A stretch of 64,000 nt of DNA, taken from NCBI GenBank assembly GCA_043228905.1, contig JBHGNT010000004.1:24428001-24492000 (forward strand), in the 5' to 3' direction. This document shows positions 20,418 to 34,100 of the stretch, piece by piece; positions within the stretch are counted from its first letter, which is position 1; each line of letters begins with the position of its first letter. The notes under the pieces are model-generated. The model was given only the letters and a program-made list of their open reading frames with translations. It had not been told where the DNA came from and did not search any database. Both the position numbers and the translations under genes were made by a program. The DNA comes from Azolla caroliniana. Lineage: Eukaryota > Plantae > Polypodiophyta.

Positions 20418-22592
20418 CTAATGTTCATAGTGATCATGGAACAATTCAGAGCAAAGCTCATGGAAAACCTTGACGATGGTGGGGTGGTACTCCTCAGGGT
20501 TGAGGGAGAGGTAACACTGCAAGAGCTGTTGGAGTGGGCGGCGTCCTCGTAGCCCTTTCGCCACAACCATCTCCACCATCGATTCTTTGAAATCATGGTG
20601 CGGATCGTACGAGCTCTTCACCATAGCCACAGCTCCTCCTCCTCCTCCATTACTGCTAGTACTAGTACCCTTCCTATTCATGGCACCATGACCACATGAA
20701 TTCATCATCATGTTGCCATGCATACGATCGATCCGATTGTTCCCGGCAGGGCCAGACATCATCATTTCCTCGCCCACCAAAGATCTCGATGATGATGATG
20801 TGGATGCCGATGAGAATGATGCCGATGATGATGATGATGAAGGTGGAGGTGAGGGAGATGCCAATGCCGATGGTGATGGTGATGGTGATGGTGATTCTCC
20901 TCCCTCCATATGCTCTCCTTCGTAACCATCATAATCGCTTAGTATTTGTATCTCGCACGAAGTTGTCGAAGCCCACATCTGGGCAACCTCGTCTTCATCT
21001 AATTCATCATCAATCTCGTATAAGCCACCCGAATTCCCTTGTTTACTTTCTACTACATTGGCCTTGGTCTCGGCCGAATCCATGTCCATCTCTTCCTCCT
21101 CGGTGTAGTCAAGCCTGTGTCGATTCAAGCCGTAGAGCGGAGATCTCCTCCACCTAGCATTACTCGAGCGCATGTGTCCATGTCCATCCGGAGACCCCGC
21201 TCCTAGCTCAGATGTATCACTATTACCGTTGGTTCCCACATCCGCATGTTCGACACATTCCGGAGCCTTATCATGCAGGAAATGGCCATGGCCATGGCTA
21301 TGGGCATGCCTGGCCATGGCATTACTCAAGGACTCACATGAAGGCAATTGCTGAGCCTTGGCATTCAGCTTCATCTGCTTGATGGAGTCTCGGAGTTCGG
21401 CCAAAGAGATGACCTTCTCATGGAGCTTCGCAGCCGCAGCTGCAGCAGTTGCAGTTGCAGTTGCAGTCGCCATGGCTGGAGAGCCAGTGTTATTGCTATC
21501 CCAGCTGATTTCAGAAGCTATGGCGGCATTCGAGCTCACAGATCTTTGGGTACTCTCAGTACCTGCAGGAGTATAAACAGAGAAGCTGCTGCTGATGGTA
21601 CTACCAGCAGGAGTGTACAGAGCAGTGCTGCTGCTGCTGCTGCTGTTGCGGCTGCTACTGGCTATGGTGCTGCCATTCAGATTGCTGTTGGAGCTACTGC
21701 TACCTGGGGATTCATCTTCTTCACCGATGTGCCTGATGCTTTTCTGACGCGCCACATCCATGGCCATTCGACCTCCCTCTTCCACCGTGCTTCTGCTGCG
21801 TAGCTCTAATGGCATGGCCACATCTGCTAGGTCCACTGCATTCTCGTCTTCTGTCCCCCCTGCACTGCAGGATTCCTCCACCATACCATGCCGAGGCACC
21901 ATCGCCGATTCCTCGAAGACCTTATTAGTAGTAGTGGTGGTAGTGGCTGCTATGTCCACCACGTCGTCTGCAGACTTGCAGACGAGCCGCGAGACCACAT
22001 TGCTCTTCGTCGCCGTCCCGAAGCCTGCGGGAGGCCCTGAATTCATAGAAACGGTGAGCTTCTGGTGCCATTTCACGTGATCGCGTTTGCTACCCGCCAG
22101 TGTCTGATGATCGTTGATGGGATGGGGCGATGGGAGAGCCGCATTCGACGCCCTTAGCTTGCGAGCTGCCATGGCGGCGGCCTTGCTCTGAGAGCTGCTC
22201 ACAGTGGCTCTACATGTACAGCCTGCATCCACCACCATACACTCCCGCACTTCCTTACCCTTCCGAACAACTCGAGTGCTCAAGGCCTGCGTGTGATACT
22301 GATTCTTATGAAGATTGGAGTGTTTGACTGCAACATAGGGTTTAGAAACACGGTTAGGGTTAGGGTTAGGGTTAGGGTTAGGGTTAGGGTTAGGGTTACC
22401 CCTGACCACACTTTGATGATGAAGGATACCTTCAGAAACCTCTGTTTTGATGGCTCGTCGATCATCATCATCATCATCATCACAGCAGGTTGTAGCAAGC
22501 TGCTCATTGTCTGCTTGACCTGCAATGGTGCTGTGATCGTTTTGCTTGTAGAACCAGATATGGGGTCTCACATGGAGCAACCTGAACCTCAT
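20418..22592 (-). CDS. OFP: OVATE family protein (transcriptional repressor OFP), intronless, 724 aa
   Basis: C-terminal OVATE domain AVAMVKSSYDPHHDFKESMVEMV..LQQLLQCYLSLNPEEYHPTIVKVF. N-terminal MRFRL..PHIWFYK resembles the OFP1-4 N-terminal motif. Confidence 0.93.
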   Translation of the reverse strand: MRFRLLHVRPHIWFYKQNDHSTIAGQADNEQLATTCCDDDDDDDRRAIKTEVSEGILHHQSVVRGNPNPNPNPNPNPNPNRVSKPYVAVKHSNLHKNQYHTQALSTRVVRKGKEVRECMVVDAGCTCRATVSSSQSKAAAMAARKLRASNAALPSPHPINDHQTLAGSKRDHVKWHQKLTVSMNSGPPAGFGTATKSNVVSRLVCKSADDVVDIAATTTTTTNKVFEESAMVPRHGMVEESCSAGGTEDENAVDLADVAMPLELRSRSTVEEGGRMAMDVARQKSIRHIGEEDESPGSSSSNSNLNGSTIASSSRNSSSSSSTALYTPAGSTISSSFSVYTPAGTESTQRSVSSNAAIASEISWDSNNTGSPAMATATATATAAAAAAKLHEKVISLAELRDSIKQMKLNAKAQQLPSCESLSNAMARHAHSHGHGHFLHDKAPECVEHADVGTNGNSDTSELGAGSPDGHGHMRSSNARWRRSPLYGLNRHRLDYTEEEEMDMDSAETKANVVESKQGNSGGLYEIDDELDEDEVAQMWASTTSCEIQILSDYDGYEGEHMEGGESPSPSPSPSALASPSPPPSSSSSSASFSSASTSSSSRSLVGEEMMMSGPAGNNRIDRMHGNMMMNSCGHGAMNRKGTSTSSNGGGGGAVAMVKSSYDPHHDFKESMVEMVVAKGLRGRRPLQQLLQCYLSLNPEEYHPTIVKVFHELCSELFHDHYEH
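22354..22395 (+). repeat. (TTAGGG)7 inside the OFP CDS, encoding (NP)n
   Basis: Seven perfect TTAGGG units. Confidence 0.95.
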
Positions 22593-23108
22593 GTCGCCTT
22601 CTTGAGTACATACACTCGCCCACCTTATAGCAAAACCCTAAATTTTGTAATTTGGAAAATAAAAGAAGAAGAAGAAGAAGAAGAAAAAAAAACCCCTAAG
22701 AAGACATGGCTATGGCGGTGGATACAGCTAGATGGGCCTAGTCTCTGCGTCCATTATTATTTGCGCGAGGATTCATGGAGATGGAGATGGAGATGGAGAT
22801 GGAGATGGAGATGGAGAAATCATTAGACTTGTGTCTAGCAGACATTGATGTGGGTTGGGGTCCTCTGTTTTTTTTTGCTTTTCTTTTCTTTGTTGTGGCC
22901 CTTCTCTCCTTTGGACACACTGTGAACAGAGAGACAAACACAGAGAGGCAGACACAGACAGACAGACAAATAACACGCAGAGAAACAGAGACAGATGATA
23001 CACACACAGAGAGAGAAACAGAGAGAGAGAGAGAGAGAGCCTTTTTGACGTTACCTTACGTGTGAAAGCAGTACAACAAACACACTGATTGTCTGCATGC
23101 ATTAAATG

Positions 23109-23144
<36 letters not shown>

Positions 23145-23750
23145 ATCACACTACTGCCATGATGCCACAGCCATGGCCATGGATCTTGCAGAGCCACCAC
23201 CATAGCCATAGCCATCGCCATAGCCATCGCCATAGAGCCATGGATGCATAGCCAATGATCATAGTATGAACCATACGTACGTGCATTCGCATCCGAGAAT
23301 GTCACCATAGCCTCAGGGCTCGTGGTTTGGGTGGTGGGGAGGCAAGGGATTCGTGGATCCTTCGAGTATGGTAAAAAGTGTTTTTAAAAAAAAAAAACCA
23401 TAAGAATGTTTTGGTAACGCACGCATTCGTTTTCATTCGTATGAAAACGAATATTTGCCAATGCATTCGAGTATATTACGTACTATGGCCATCACCATCA
23501 CCATAGCCATGGCCACATATATATATATATGTCACCCCATGGCCTTCCTTGCCATCCATGCATGCCCAGTGACCGAAGAATGCCCATAATTTGGGCGGCC
23601 CTATCGTGTAGGGGAGACCAGCCCCCGGACATTCCGGATCGCGTGCCTCCATGTAGTAGCATGGAAGAGAAACAAGGGCCCAATATATAAGGAATGAAAT
23701 CTCGGGACACACACGCAACACGCACCCCATCCCTTTAATCGAACCTTATT
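22593..23750 (-). promoter_or_regulatory. Putative 5' UTR/promoter of the OFP gene, rich in microsatellites
   Basis: Telobox AAACCCTA at 22633-22640, (GAA)n, (GGAGAT)n near 22777-22817, GA/CT tracts near 23010-23140, CATGCA motifs, TA tract near 23517-23530. TSS not determined. Confidence 0.45.
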
Positions 23751-26700
23751 TGGTTACCCCCCAAGTATTTGAGAGTATCGTTTTATCCGCCAACAATCTT
23801 CGGGTTGGCATATATTGCAATAACCATGTACTGCTTCTGATCGCGACCCCATAACAATCCTCTTTGAGGCAAATGCATACAAAAAACGCACTCTTCCCTT
23901 GGGTGTGATGAATTCACACTGGTAAAAAAGAGAAAAAAGATAGAGGGTATTATGAATTCATCATATTATCCCCCCTACCAAGCACCCATACTTTTGAGAA
24001 AAATAGAATTGAGGTTGGGTACTTGGGGAAATTACAATGAAACTTTGGGGCATTGTGTGGAATGCTTAGATTGCGTAGCAATTAAGGAACATTTGAAACA
24101 ACGTCCTGTATTGTGATTAATTTTCCTAGTTGGGAAACAAATGTGCAACATTGATGATCAAATAATGGGGCATGCATCATCAAAGAACTTGTCAAACTTT
24201 TCTTTTCTTTGTGTAGATTGGTTGCAACAACATCGGAGTGAAAAAGAAGATACGGTTCCTCATTGGAGTTATTGAATATAAACGGATTAGGAAGTATATA
24301 TACGTTACAAAAATCTTGAAGTGTGCAAGATTGGGCCAATCTTTTCTTCATCTTTCCCAATACTTGGCGTACTCCGAATTCCTTAATTTTCTACATAATT
24401 GGGTAACGTTTTCAAAACCTTGGTCATAAAAAAAGAAGCCTAAATGTTCTCAAAATACTTGAAAATAGTTCTTGGGCAAATTATTAGCTCCTAATTTAGT
24501 TTGGGACTTAGGCACAATAAGAATGGTATCTAGTAGGATGTCAATTGCGGTTACCAAGAAAACAATCATGATTGTCAAACTATTCATGATTTCTTGACAT
24601 GGATTCCTTTCTTTGATAAAGTTGCCAAGGCATTAGGCTAATTTGGCCCCTAAGTTACCTATAGTGAGTAATTTTCCCCAACTATTTGATAGTTGTTGTA
24701 ACTTTGGTCCAAATTGTGGTAAGCTAATACAAATTATTGAGGATTCATCGGAGACCAATAATTGTAAATAGCTGTCTCTCTCTCTCTCTCTCTCTCTCTC
24801 TTCAAGATATATGTATTTGACTTGGGATTCCCATTCCTTCCCAACTTTCACGAGATGAAGCCACACACTTTTCTCTTAAAAAGACTCACAATTTAATGTT
24901 CCTCATCCCCAAAGAAAGCAATACGAAAACGGGGGAAACACGTAAATTCTTTAAAATGTACATTGGTTTTGTAAGCATTCATTAAACTTTCAAAGCATGC
25001 ATGTCATTGAATTACAAAGGCTTCATCATCTTCTCATATTTGTGAAGTTGTTGGTCTCACATACATATTTTTCCTAATGAGTTATGGGCCCAATCATTTT
25101 TTTCTTTAACAATGAGATCATGAGACCCCACAAATGGAATGCATCTTTTTCCTAACTCGTTATGGGCCAAAACACTTTCTTTCTCTTTGTTATTCCAATC
25201 ACACACGCTTTATTCGAGGCATTGGTTTATTCATGCATTCTCAACAGTCTTGGGCTCAAGAACTCACGCATCGACAAAAAACATTATAAGAAACTTATAA
25301 ACCCTTTGGTATATCATGTAATTTGTGCCACGAGCCTCATACTTCTACACAAGTCCCAATAACTATACACTTGAGTTATGGTTCGGCCCTATTCACTAGA
25401 AATGGAACTTTGATGGTGTCAACCTAAAGTTTTGAGTTTTCACAATGCCTAAAAGCAAGATCATGTCCATGGACATGCGAAGCATTGATTGTGCAGCTTT
25501 GACAATTGAGCACAGTATAGTAAACAAACCCAAGTATATATCAACACATCAACAAGATTTAACTAGTATTTGCCAAAAGAAAAACTAGTAGAGGTTCTTG
25601 TGATTAATGTGGTGTTTTGTTTTGCTGTGTTGGACTTATAGAACACAAACCAATGATAGGTTTCCCTTGATTCTTGAATAAGGATTGTGCCCCTTTGTGT
25701 GATGTAGCAACAAACTGTTAACTTGTCTTATTTTGATTCACATGTTTCTTAGTAGTTGGTACTTGCCCACTAAGAGTCAACACATAATCAATAGTTAATT
25801 CATGATTAATTAACACTTAATCAATTTGTTCAAATAAAATGTTAGTGGAGGGTAGGCATGTGACTGGATATAGCAACAACTCAACAGAAGTTGTATGCTT
25901 CTTCCTTCCATGGAGCAACATTTACGTGATATTTTCATAGCCAAAGATGATGGAGGGGAGATCACTCATCATCATCTTTCATGTTCCATCATTAATGAGT
26001 TGTTTACATATATGCATTCTATTATTGACTAGAAAATACCTACTTTTCAACAAGAGAATATGTAATTGGAGCTACACAAAGTTTTTTGATTATGGAATAA
26101 ATGTGATTGTAATCCAGAGAATCTTGCTTACATACTAATGGACATGAAAGCTTTAACCTCATAGGTTCACACTTTAACTTTACAAAATTTGAGAACAACT
26201 ACACGAGGTCCAGTTTTTACTAAGAATTTGTCCGTGCATCTAGCAATGGCAACATTTGCATGAGTATCTTCCCTTCACCATTCATTAGGTTGCTAGGAAT
26301 ACGATAAATTCGTTGGACTTTAAGATGCTACAACATTCAATTGAACTAGTCTGTCCTACTGCCAAACAATTGACGTGACTATGATGAGTTGAATAAGACA
26401 AAGTGTTGTCGAGCTCAACATTTATAGCAGTTGGTCCCAAAATCCTTTCAAGCATCTATATCTTCAAGATTTTTCGTTCACCAAGGGAAATTTTCATTCA
26501 ATTCGATGACGATTGAAGATGTGAAGCTTACCCACCTTCATCTAAGTGCTTTCTCCAAAGAAGCCAATTTACCAACTAATGCTCTTTATGGATTGGAACC
26601 TCGTTGACAAGTAACACAACAATTAAAAAAAGTGACATCTTTTCCCAAAGAATATGAACTAAGAAATTTCCTTGTTATCATGGGAATTTGAAACCATATT

Positions 26701-28180
26701 CATTTCAAGAAGAAGCATCTATATCTTTTGCCGTTGGAAATTTTTAACCACATTAAAACTCTCCTTTTTAGGTCCACTATTCATTCAAGGGAGAATGGTT
26801 TCCTCCGCTTCCAACAGTTTCCATACAATGCGAAAAACTCACATCATATTAAAGGTAATGTAAAAGTACCCCTCCTAATTTTGAAAATATAAAATCCAAC
26901 ACTCATAAGAACTCTAATGTCACAAGTTTCTGACCACCTTCCTCTCTCTATAACATGAGAAGTTATACTAAAAAATTGCAAGTTAGTATTATCAAAATCT
27001 CAATAGATACCAATATCTAGACTATAAGATTAAAACATATACACCTCATAGGTTGTTCGCTTGTTCAAGAACTTAAAATATAGATAAAAAGCGAGAAGGT
27101 AAGATTGTTCATGTTCAGTTATGAAATGCCTCGTCTTAATTGTACAATTATGCTTGAGAAGTCTTGACTTGAGCCTATGATGCTTCACATTACCTTTTTT
27201 GGGTGTCTCATTCTTCTCTAAAGTTGTTCAGGGCATTTCCTTGACATGTTAGCGGGAGATTTAGAAAAGACGAAGAGAAAGAGAGTGTGAGAGAGCTATA
27301 CATATATAGAGGAACTATCGTTAAGAAAGAGACAGAAGTTGACAAATTTAGAGAGAAAGAGTAGACTATAGAAGATTGTGAACTTAAGACTATGAGAGTA
27401 TTAATTAATCAAGGTTCAATTGTCATTAATCTCCATCATGTTTTTTTTTACCAATGTTTGCATTAACATTTCAACATACACTTAATATGAGTGAAATTTT
27501 TTACATTTTCCCTTCATTCAGATTTTCACTTGTTTGTATATAGAATCCCATGATGTAGAGTAAATAAAGAGAAGGACGATGTTAAAGTTTATGACAAAAT
27601 AGTATTAAACTATAGGACTCCTCAGTTATCGTTGATTCTCATTTCTCTACTCATTCATTTCACCTTTTCAGTTTTCCTCACATTGTTTTGACAATATGTC
27701 TATAAATCAAGGTAGATGGGTGTTAGATCATCCACTGATTAGAGTAAGCAAAATTACACCCAAAAGAGGTTTTCCAAAACAAAGTGAATCTGTGAAGAAA
27801 ATCTATCTACAACAAAGCTTCACCACTCTTGGATCTTACACAATACTCCTACTATGTCATAGCATTTGGCGTGATACCAATGTTTTATGCATGCCTTTGT
27901 AATATGTAGTTAGGTGAGGATTATGCTGTTTTGATTATGGCTGTTCTTCGATGTAATTCTTTTGCTAACTAATGGGAAGTAGTGTTTTTTTTTGGAAAAA
28001 AAAAAAAATATGTAGTTGCGTGTGTGTAGGTGCATGTACTCTACATATGATTCCATGAATAGATGATGTTTTCATATTCATCTATTTGACATGTATTAAA
28101 TATGTGAAGTTAACAACTAAAGGTATCTTCATGTAATCACACACAAACACCCACAAACACTCACACGCATGCGCGCGCGT

Positions 28181-28182
<2 letters not shown>

Positions 28183-28230
<48 letters not shown>
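28183..28230. repeat. (CA)n microsatellite
   Basis: Perfect dinucleotide run. Confidence 0.9.
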
Positions 28231-28232
<2 letters not shown>

Positions 28233-30299
28233 GACTAAGAAAATGGTAGTAGCATATTGATTCATAGTTTCCATTATCCACATTGATTTGGTTTTGGATC
28301 CTTGACATGGTAAGGAGGTCTATTTTATTTTGCAAAAAAGGGATCATAGGAGCTCTAGCGTAAGTCACTACTAGATTGTATTAACCGTAGATTTTTGGAT
28401 GGAGAAAATGGAGTCCCTATATTATGATAAATTGCTAATATTGCATAGACCCATGTGTTTGACAAGAAGACAATGAAGAATGAAATAGAGATAAATTATA
28501 TTATGTAGAATGCTTAAGTTGATTACAATGTGGGTTTGTCACGAAGAAACTTATGTCTCATGTGCTCCTAAGTGATTCTAATCTCTCCTCATCAACCAAC
28601 TATGCAAAGAGCTCTTCGTTGTCCTCAAACATAAAGATAGCATCAAATTTTTATTGTTTTATATGTAGTCCTTGTGATATGTCCTGTTTTACTATAGTCG
28701 TGGCATCTAATTTTGGTTGATTTTCACCATTCTCTTTAAGAAATCTTGTCTAGCATGCATGATCTGTATTAATTGTCTTTTGAGGTGGTCCTATCTACAT
28801 CTCTTCACATCTGAAAAATGTGGATAATTCTCCAAGGGGAAGTGGGAGAGTTCTCATTAGAGTAGTCATTGTCCTGACACGGCCATTAGATTTTGCAAGT
28901 TGGGCATGAATACGATTTTGTGTTATCTTAACGTCCATTTTCGCCAACCCCTAGTACTACTAGCCGAACTCGAAGACATTTTATCGTCTTGACAAATATT
29001 TTAAGGCCTTCACATTGTCATTCACTTGATTAGAGAAAAACTAATGATTAAGGATCTGGATCTTGAGCTTGTTCTTGGTTTCATATGGTTATGAAGAACT
29101 ATTGCTAGTTTATCCTAAAGACATTTTATCACCATGAAAACTCTTGCATTCTTAAAAAATATGCAATGTTGGAGATTTTAAAGTTTGGGTCTTTAAGAAA
29201 TGCCTCTTCGACCCTTTGATAACAACAATGGAGCTCTATTGGGTTGAGGCACAAGGTGGGGTTGTAGCATCCCTAAAACCACATGGAAAGATTTTGAAAA
29301 TGTTTGGAAGCATTTCCTTATGAGGTTTTGTTAAGTTACGCCACAAACACTATAGATGTGCCTACTTCTAGAGATTGTGATCATGGAAAGTGTTGTTGAG
29401 TACATGCTTAAGGTTAAAAACCCTTTACCTCAACTTCCTTGATTCACATTGGAAACAAGTAAAGTTTACCTCAATTTTCTTGAATAATATGGGAAACAAA
29501 TAAAAGGATCCAAAAGAGGCACAAACGCAAAATTCTATGTTTTAGATGGATAATGAAGAAATGGCTTGGAAAATGAGTTGAATTACGATTGATTCATTCT
29601 ACTCCAATAGATTCAATTGTGAATAAGGATTTTGGCAATGCCATTATAGCACAATGTGAGAAAGATATGGAGTCTCACATTTCACAAGTTGCATTACATA
29701 TGTTGCACCAAACTACAAGTCATTGATATTGAAACCACACAAGTCATTGATAAATGTTAGAGCCCATTGCGTTGCTTGCCATGTACACAATTGCTTCCAT
29801 ACAGCTTGGCTCATGTTCTTTTCAATGAAAGATGGGAGGTTGAGGCATAAGTAGGGAGGATCATCGACTATGCATATTTAGCCCTAAATAGGTTTGATTA
29901 TTTGTGTAATATACTTAGATATGTGCTCTATCTTTGACTCGACTTTTGCTTTTCATATGCTATTAATATAATCCTATCCCTACACACATTTAATATTGTG
30001 CCAACTCAATAACAAATAGTCATTTGTAAAATTCTTCAACATCGACAATCACTATCAATTCTATGCATACTAGATGAAAATGTTCCATTTTTTCATCCCA
30101 TAAGTTATATTTGACATTGAGGAGAACTACATAGATTCCACATTCTGCACTATCAATAGGAACACTCAATGGTAAAATTCAACACTACACAAGCTATAAG
30201 GAAATATTTGACTTCTAATTACATAGGTCATATTGGAGAGAATTTAGTTAAGTAAAAATTTTAAAGCCCCCATATTGAGGGTAATTTGGTATCAACAAT

Positions 30300-31100
30300 C
30301 CTACATCAACCCTGGACTAGCAATTGACAATCAACAATCCTAGGTCCAACACTTGGTTGATTTGCAACCATCCTCAACAATATTATAGAAACAATCTTTG
30401 ATAGTGCATTCATGACATCCTCTGATGTATACAACTTCAATAGATGAATTTGGTTCTTCTGTATACAAGCTTGGATGAAGTGATGTTACACCTTGTTGCT
30501 TGTCGTTGAGTACTGCAATGGAGACATGGGCTTTGGTGGATTTCTCCCATGTCACTAGGTGAGAAAGCCACAATGTTTCATTGTATGCTTCAATTACTAG
30601 TTTTTGTTGTCACACCTCCTTGCAATTATAAAGTTTCAACCTCCACAAAATCAATCTTCTTGTGGACTCAACGACATAGCCCGGAGTCAAAGTCTTTACT
30701 AGGCACACAACCAACTACTATGGAATCACCCTCTCCAAAGCTCAAGGTTTGGTGTCTTGTACCACACAGGTACTATATGATGCTCATCACCACTTGCCAA
30801 TACTTCATGTCGATAATGTCAACTTGCTTACCACTCCAATAATGTGATGTTGAGCCTTATGCCAAGCATGGAATACATTAGGCTATTGTCTACAGATTAG
30901 TATGGAACTTTTTGCAACACCTCCCACTTAGATTTGGCTTTAAGAAATTTCCTTACTCAGTCTCATGTTTGACTCTCCTCATGGAGAACCAATCAATTAT
31001 CTTGGTGAGGTACTCTCCTTGAAATAGATGAATTCATAGATTCTTTATTGCTTGAGTGATCTACATACCCAAAATGTTCTTTGTCATCCACTCAAAGGAT
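30300..31100 (-). mobile_element. Highly decayed Ty1/copia RT-RNase H remnant
   Basis: The minus strand reads ILGM*IT, GEYLTK and WQVVMSII*YLCGT, resembling copia ILGM.I..QEKY..K and HWQAVKRILRYLKGT. Boundaries approximate. Confidence 0.55.
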
Positions 31101-34100
31101 GAGTAGAATTAGGTTCCCATTTGAACATCTGCTTATGTACACACAAAAATTCTCATTGTTGTGACAAAATTGCCCCAAAATATACATTCGAGCGACTCCT
31201 TGCGGAGAAAATGATAAATAATCTAATTCCATTTTTTTACCACTATGCATGAACTACGAAATCCACAAGCATTTTTTGTTTTTTTAACAAGATAATTGTT
31301 AATATATATCATATCACTTAGGATTCATAGGATTTGCTATCATTGCAAACAAGACTTTTGAAAGCAATAGATTGCATCTTTACAACGATGGAAGGAGAAA
31401 AAGATACATTTCATATTTGACATGTCACATCTATAGATGCCGCTTCTATTGATAATTTATAACTATATTTTCTATTGATAATTTTCACAGTGTCTCTTGT
31501 GGTAAATATCGTTTTAATGAAGATATGATTTCTTATTGGATAATTGAAACATCACAGTCAAATCCCATTCTAGGTGGTATCACAATAAAATTATTTCAAT
31601 AATACAACATTAAGTATACAAACACATAAGCTACCTTATCCAAATCCCTATAAAAATAGAAGTGGTGTCACCAAAGAAAAGTGGATTCCAAGTTTTTGAG
31701 GAACAAGGATACTCTCTAGTGAAAAAAATTGAAGATAGTGGTGTTACTAGAGAATAACTTGTTTCCCAAAACAAAACATGTCACCTGACTTGAATTAAAG
31801 TTTATGTGACACTATTAGTTGTAGGAAAAGGAAGAGGTATCGCATGAAGCATGCGTGATTCAATGCTCTTTCAATTCGATTACAAAGGAAAATTATATGT
31901 ATATCTTTGTATAATGCTTATTGAATCATGCCATCTTTTAAACATCGTACACTTGATTTTGACCCAACATGTATATAATTTTCATATTACAACTATAGTT
32001 TCTGAGACAATCACCATAAATGAAAGATCATAGTCGGATTTGTACATATTACAATTTTCATTTTTCGTACATCTATCAATAAATTGGACCAACTAGTATG
32101 GGAGATGCATTTATTCATGAATAGACAATGTTTTCCCTTTCATTAGGAAAAATGTAAATTTTATTAAACTAGTTTATAGGATAAATTTGTGGTAGTGTAA
32201 TTTAACGATTGCAACTTTACACCTTCATTTGCTTCAGACTTGGGCCAATAAGTAAATATATTGGATCAAATTAGAGAGGTAATTTAAATCTAGTCATGTT
32301 ATGTTATACTATAACATTACGCATGGGTCTATTAGAAAAAAATTATTATTTATTTTGTTGCTTGCTTCAATTGAAACAATATACCTTTGGTTGCACCATA
32401 ATAATCATATATTTACAATATTTATGTATTTTGTGTTGAGAAATGCATGTAGAATTGTCAATCCATATGTTGAAAGCAAGAATGATAGAGGACCATTCAC
32501 TCTAAACCTAGAAGAATTCGATGAAATCCAACAAGCTTTATCCATGGAAGCTTTAGTCATTTATTAAATTCAACAAAGCATGACCACTTGTAGAATGCAA
32601 ATTGTTTGTTTGTGATCCCTCATACAATGATGATCAAGATGGTGTGAAAACATTGGATTCCGAAAGAAGTCAAGGAGTACAAAGAAAGACAAATGGATCT
32701 TGTAGGAAAATCTTCCCAAGACCAGTTTAATCCATCAACAAATCTGACACTAGTGTTCTACGAAGATCTGATTAGTGACATCAAATGAAGCGAACATTGT
32801 CTTCCATCAACCAAGCCCAAAAATGGAACATAAGGAAAATTTATAGTTCACCCATTGAACCATTCCCCATGGATTTTTTGGTGGTAAAGAATATCACTAT
32901 CAAGGATCAACATTGATTGTTTGATGATTTGGTGGAGAAGTTATAGATCAACAATGAACAATTAAAGGAGACATGAGTTTCACTTGGAAGAGTATATTAG
33001 AAATTCTGATTGTTAAGAACCTTGTAAAGAGCTCATGTATATATTTGATAATGGCACTCTCCATGAGACTTGAGAAATACGTTACACAACATTATCATGT
33101 TAATCATTGAGGCAAGCAAACAATACTGACCATGAAATAGTGGCTCTATGAGGACAATTGAGCCAACTATAGGTAGAGGGTGATTAGACAATCATTCCAA
33201 GAGGTAGAGGAGTGGGCCATAAGAGAAATATAGAAATATGGATTGTGTTTAAATTTCTTCATAAAGATTATCAAACAAAATCCAACAATTAGAGAAACAT
33301 GACAACTCCTAAAATTGGACAAATTTGGGTGAACACTTTTCTCAATAAGACAAAGGAAGAGAGGCCATGAGCCATAAGGTGAACTAAAGAGCTTATCTAA
33401 GTTTCTCAACAATGTTGTTGGCCTAAATCAAACTTTAAATTTGAAGAAAATCGTGTGAACTTAAGTGATCATTTAGAAAATTTTCAATTGTGTAGTGGGT
33501 AGCTTTGAATAACATACCCCCACTTGGAGGGAAATATTAACGAGTTCGCTCCGTTGCACTTGTCCTATGAGTTGGCAAATGTCTTGCTAAGAGAATTAGG
33601 CTATTTGGAAATGATCTATTGTTAGTTAACCACTATAATCAGTAACATGTAATTAGTAATTAGAAATTCAAGTTTTAATATATTTGGTTAAAAGCAAGCG
33701 AGGTTGTGTAACTAACCAAAAGTTTGATACAAAAAGCTCTAGGAAAGAGATAATCTCCAAATAATTGATAATAAATAAACAAAGGTCAAGGTTATATTTG
33801 TTTGCAACTCATTTTCATGATTCATGCAGTGGCACCCTTATTCCTTAATTTTTTTAGTCTATGACCTTTGTTTCTCTCTTCCCTTGTTTTCTTTCTCTTT
33901 ATTATGAAGTGGGGGTATTTCTCTTTCTTTGTCTTCCTTTGTTTTTATGCCTCCTCCTTGTTTCTCTTTCTTTGTTTTCTTTCCCATTATTGTTTTGCTC
34001 CCTTCCTTGGTTTTTCATTATTGCCCCTTCCCATTTGTCTCTCTTTCTCGATTAACCGTTCCCTCATTTTAGATGATGAATCCTACTCATAAAAATCGAG

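Noticed and set aside
22354-22395. True telomere or chromosome fusion scar
   Set aside because: Only 42 bp, in frame within a gene, and not the usual plant TTTAGGG.
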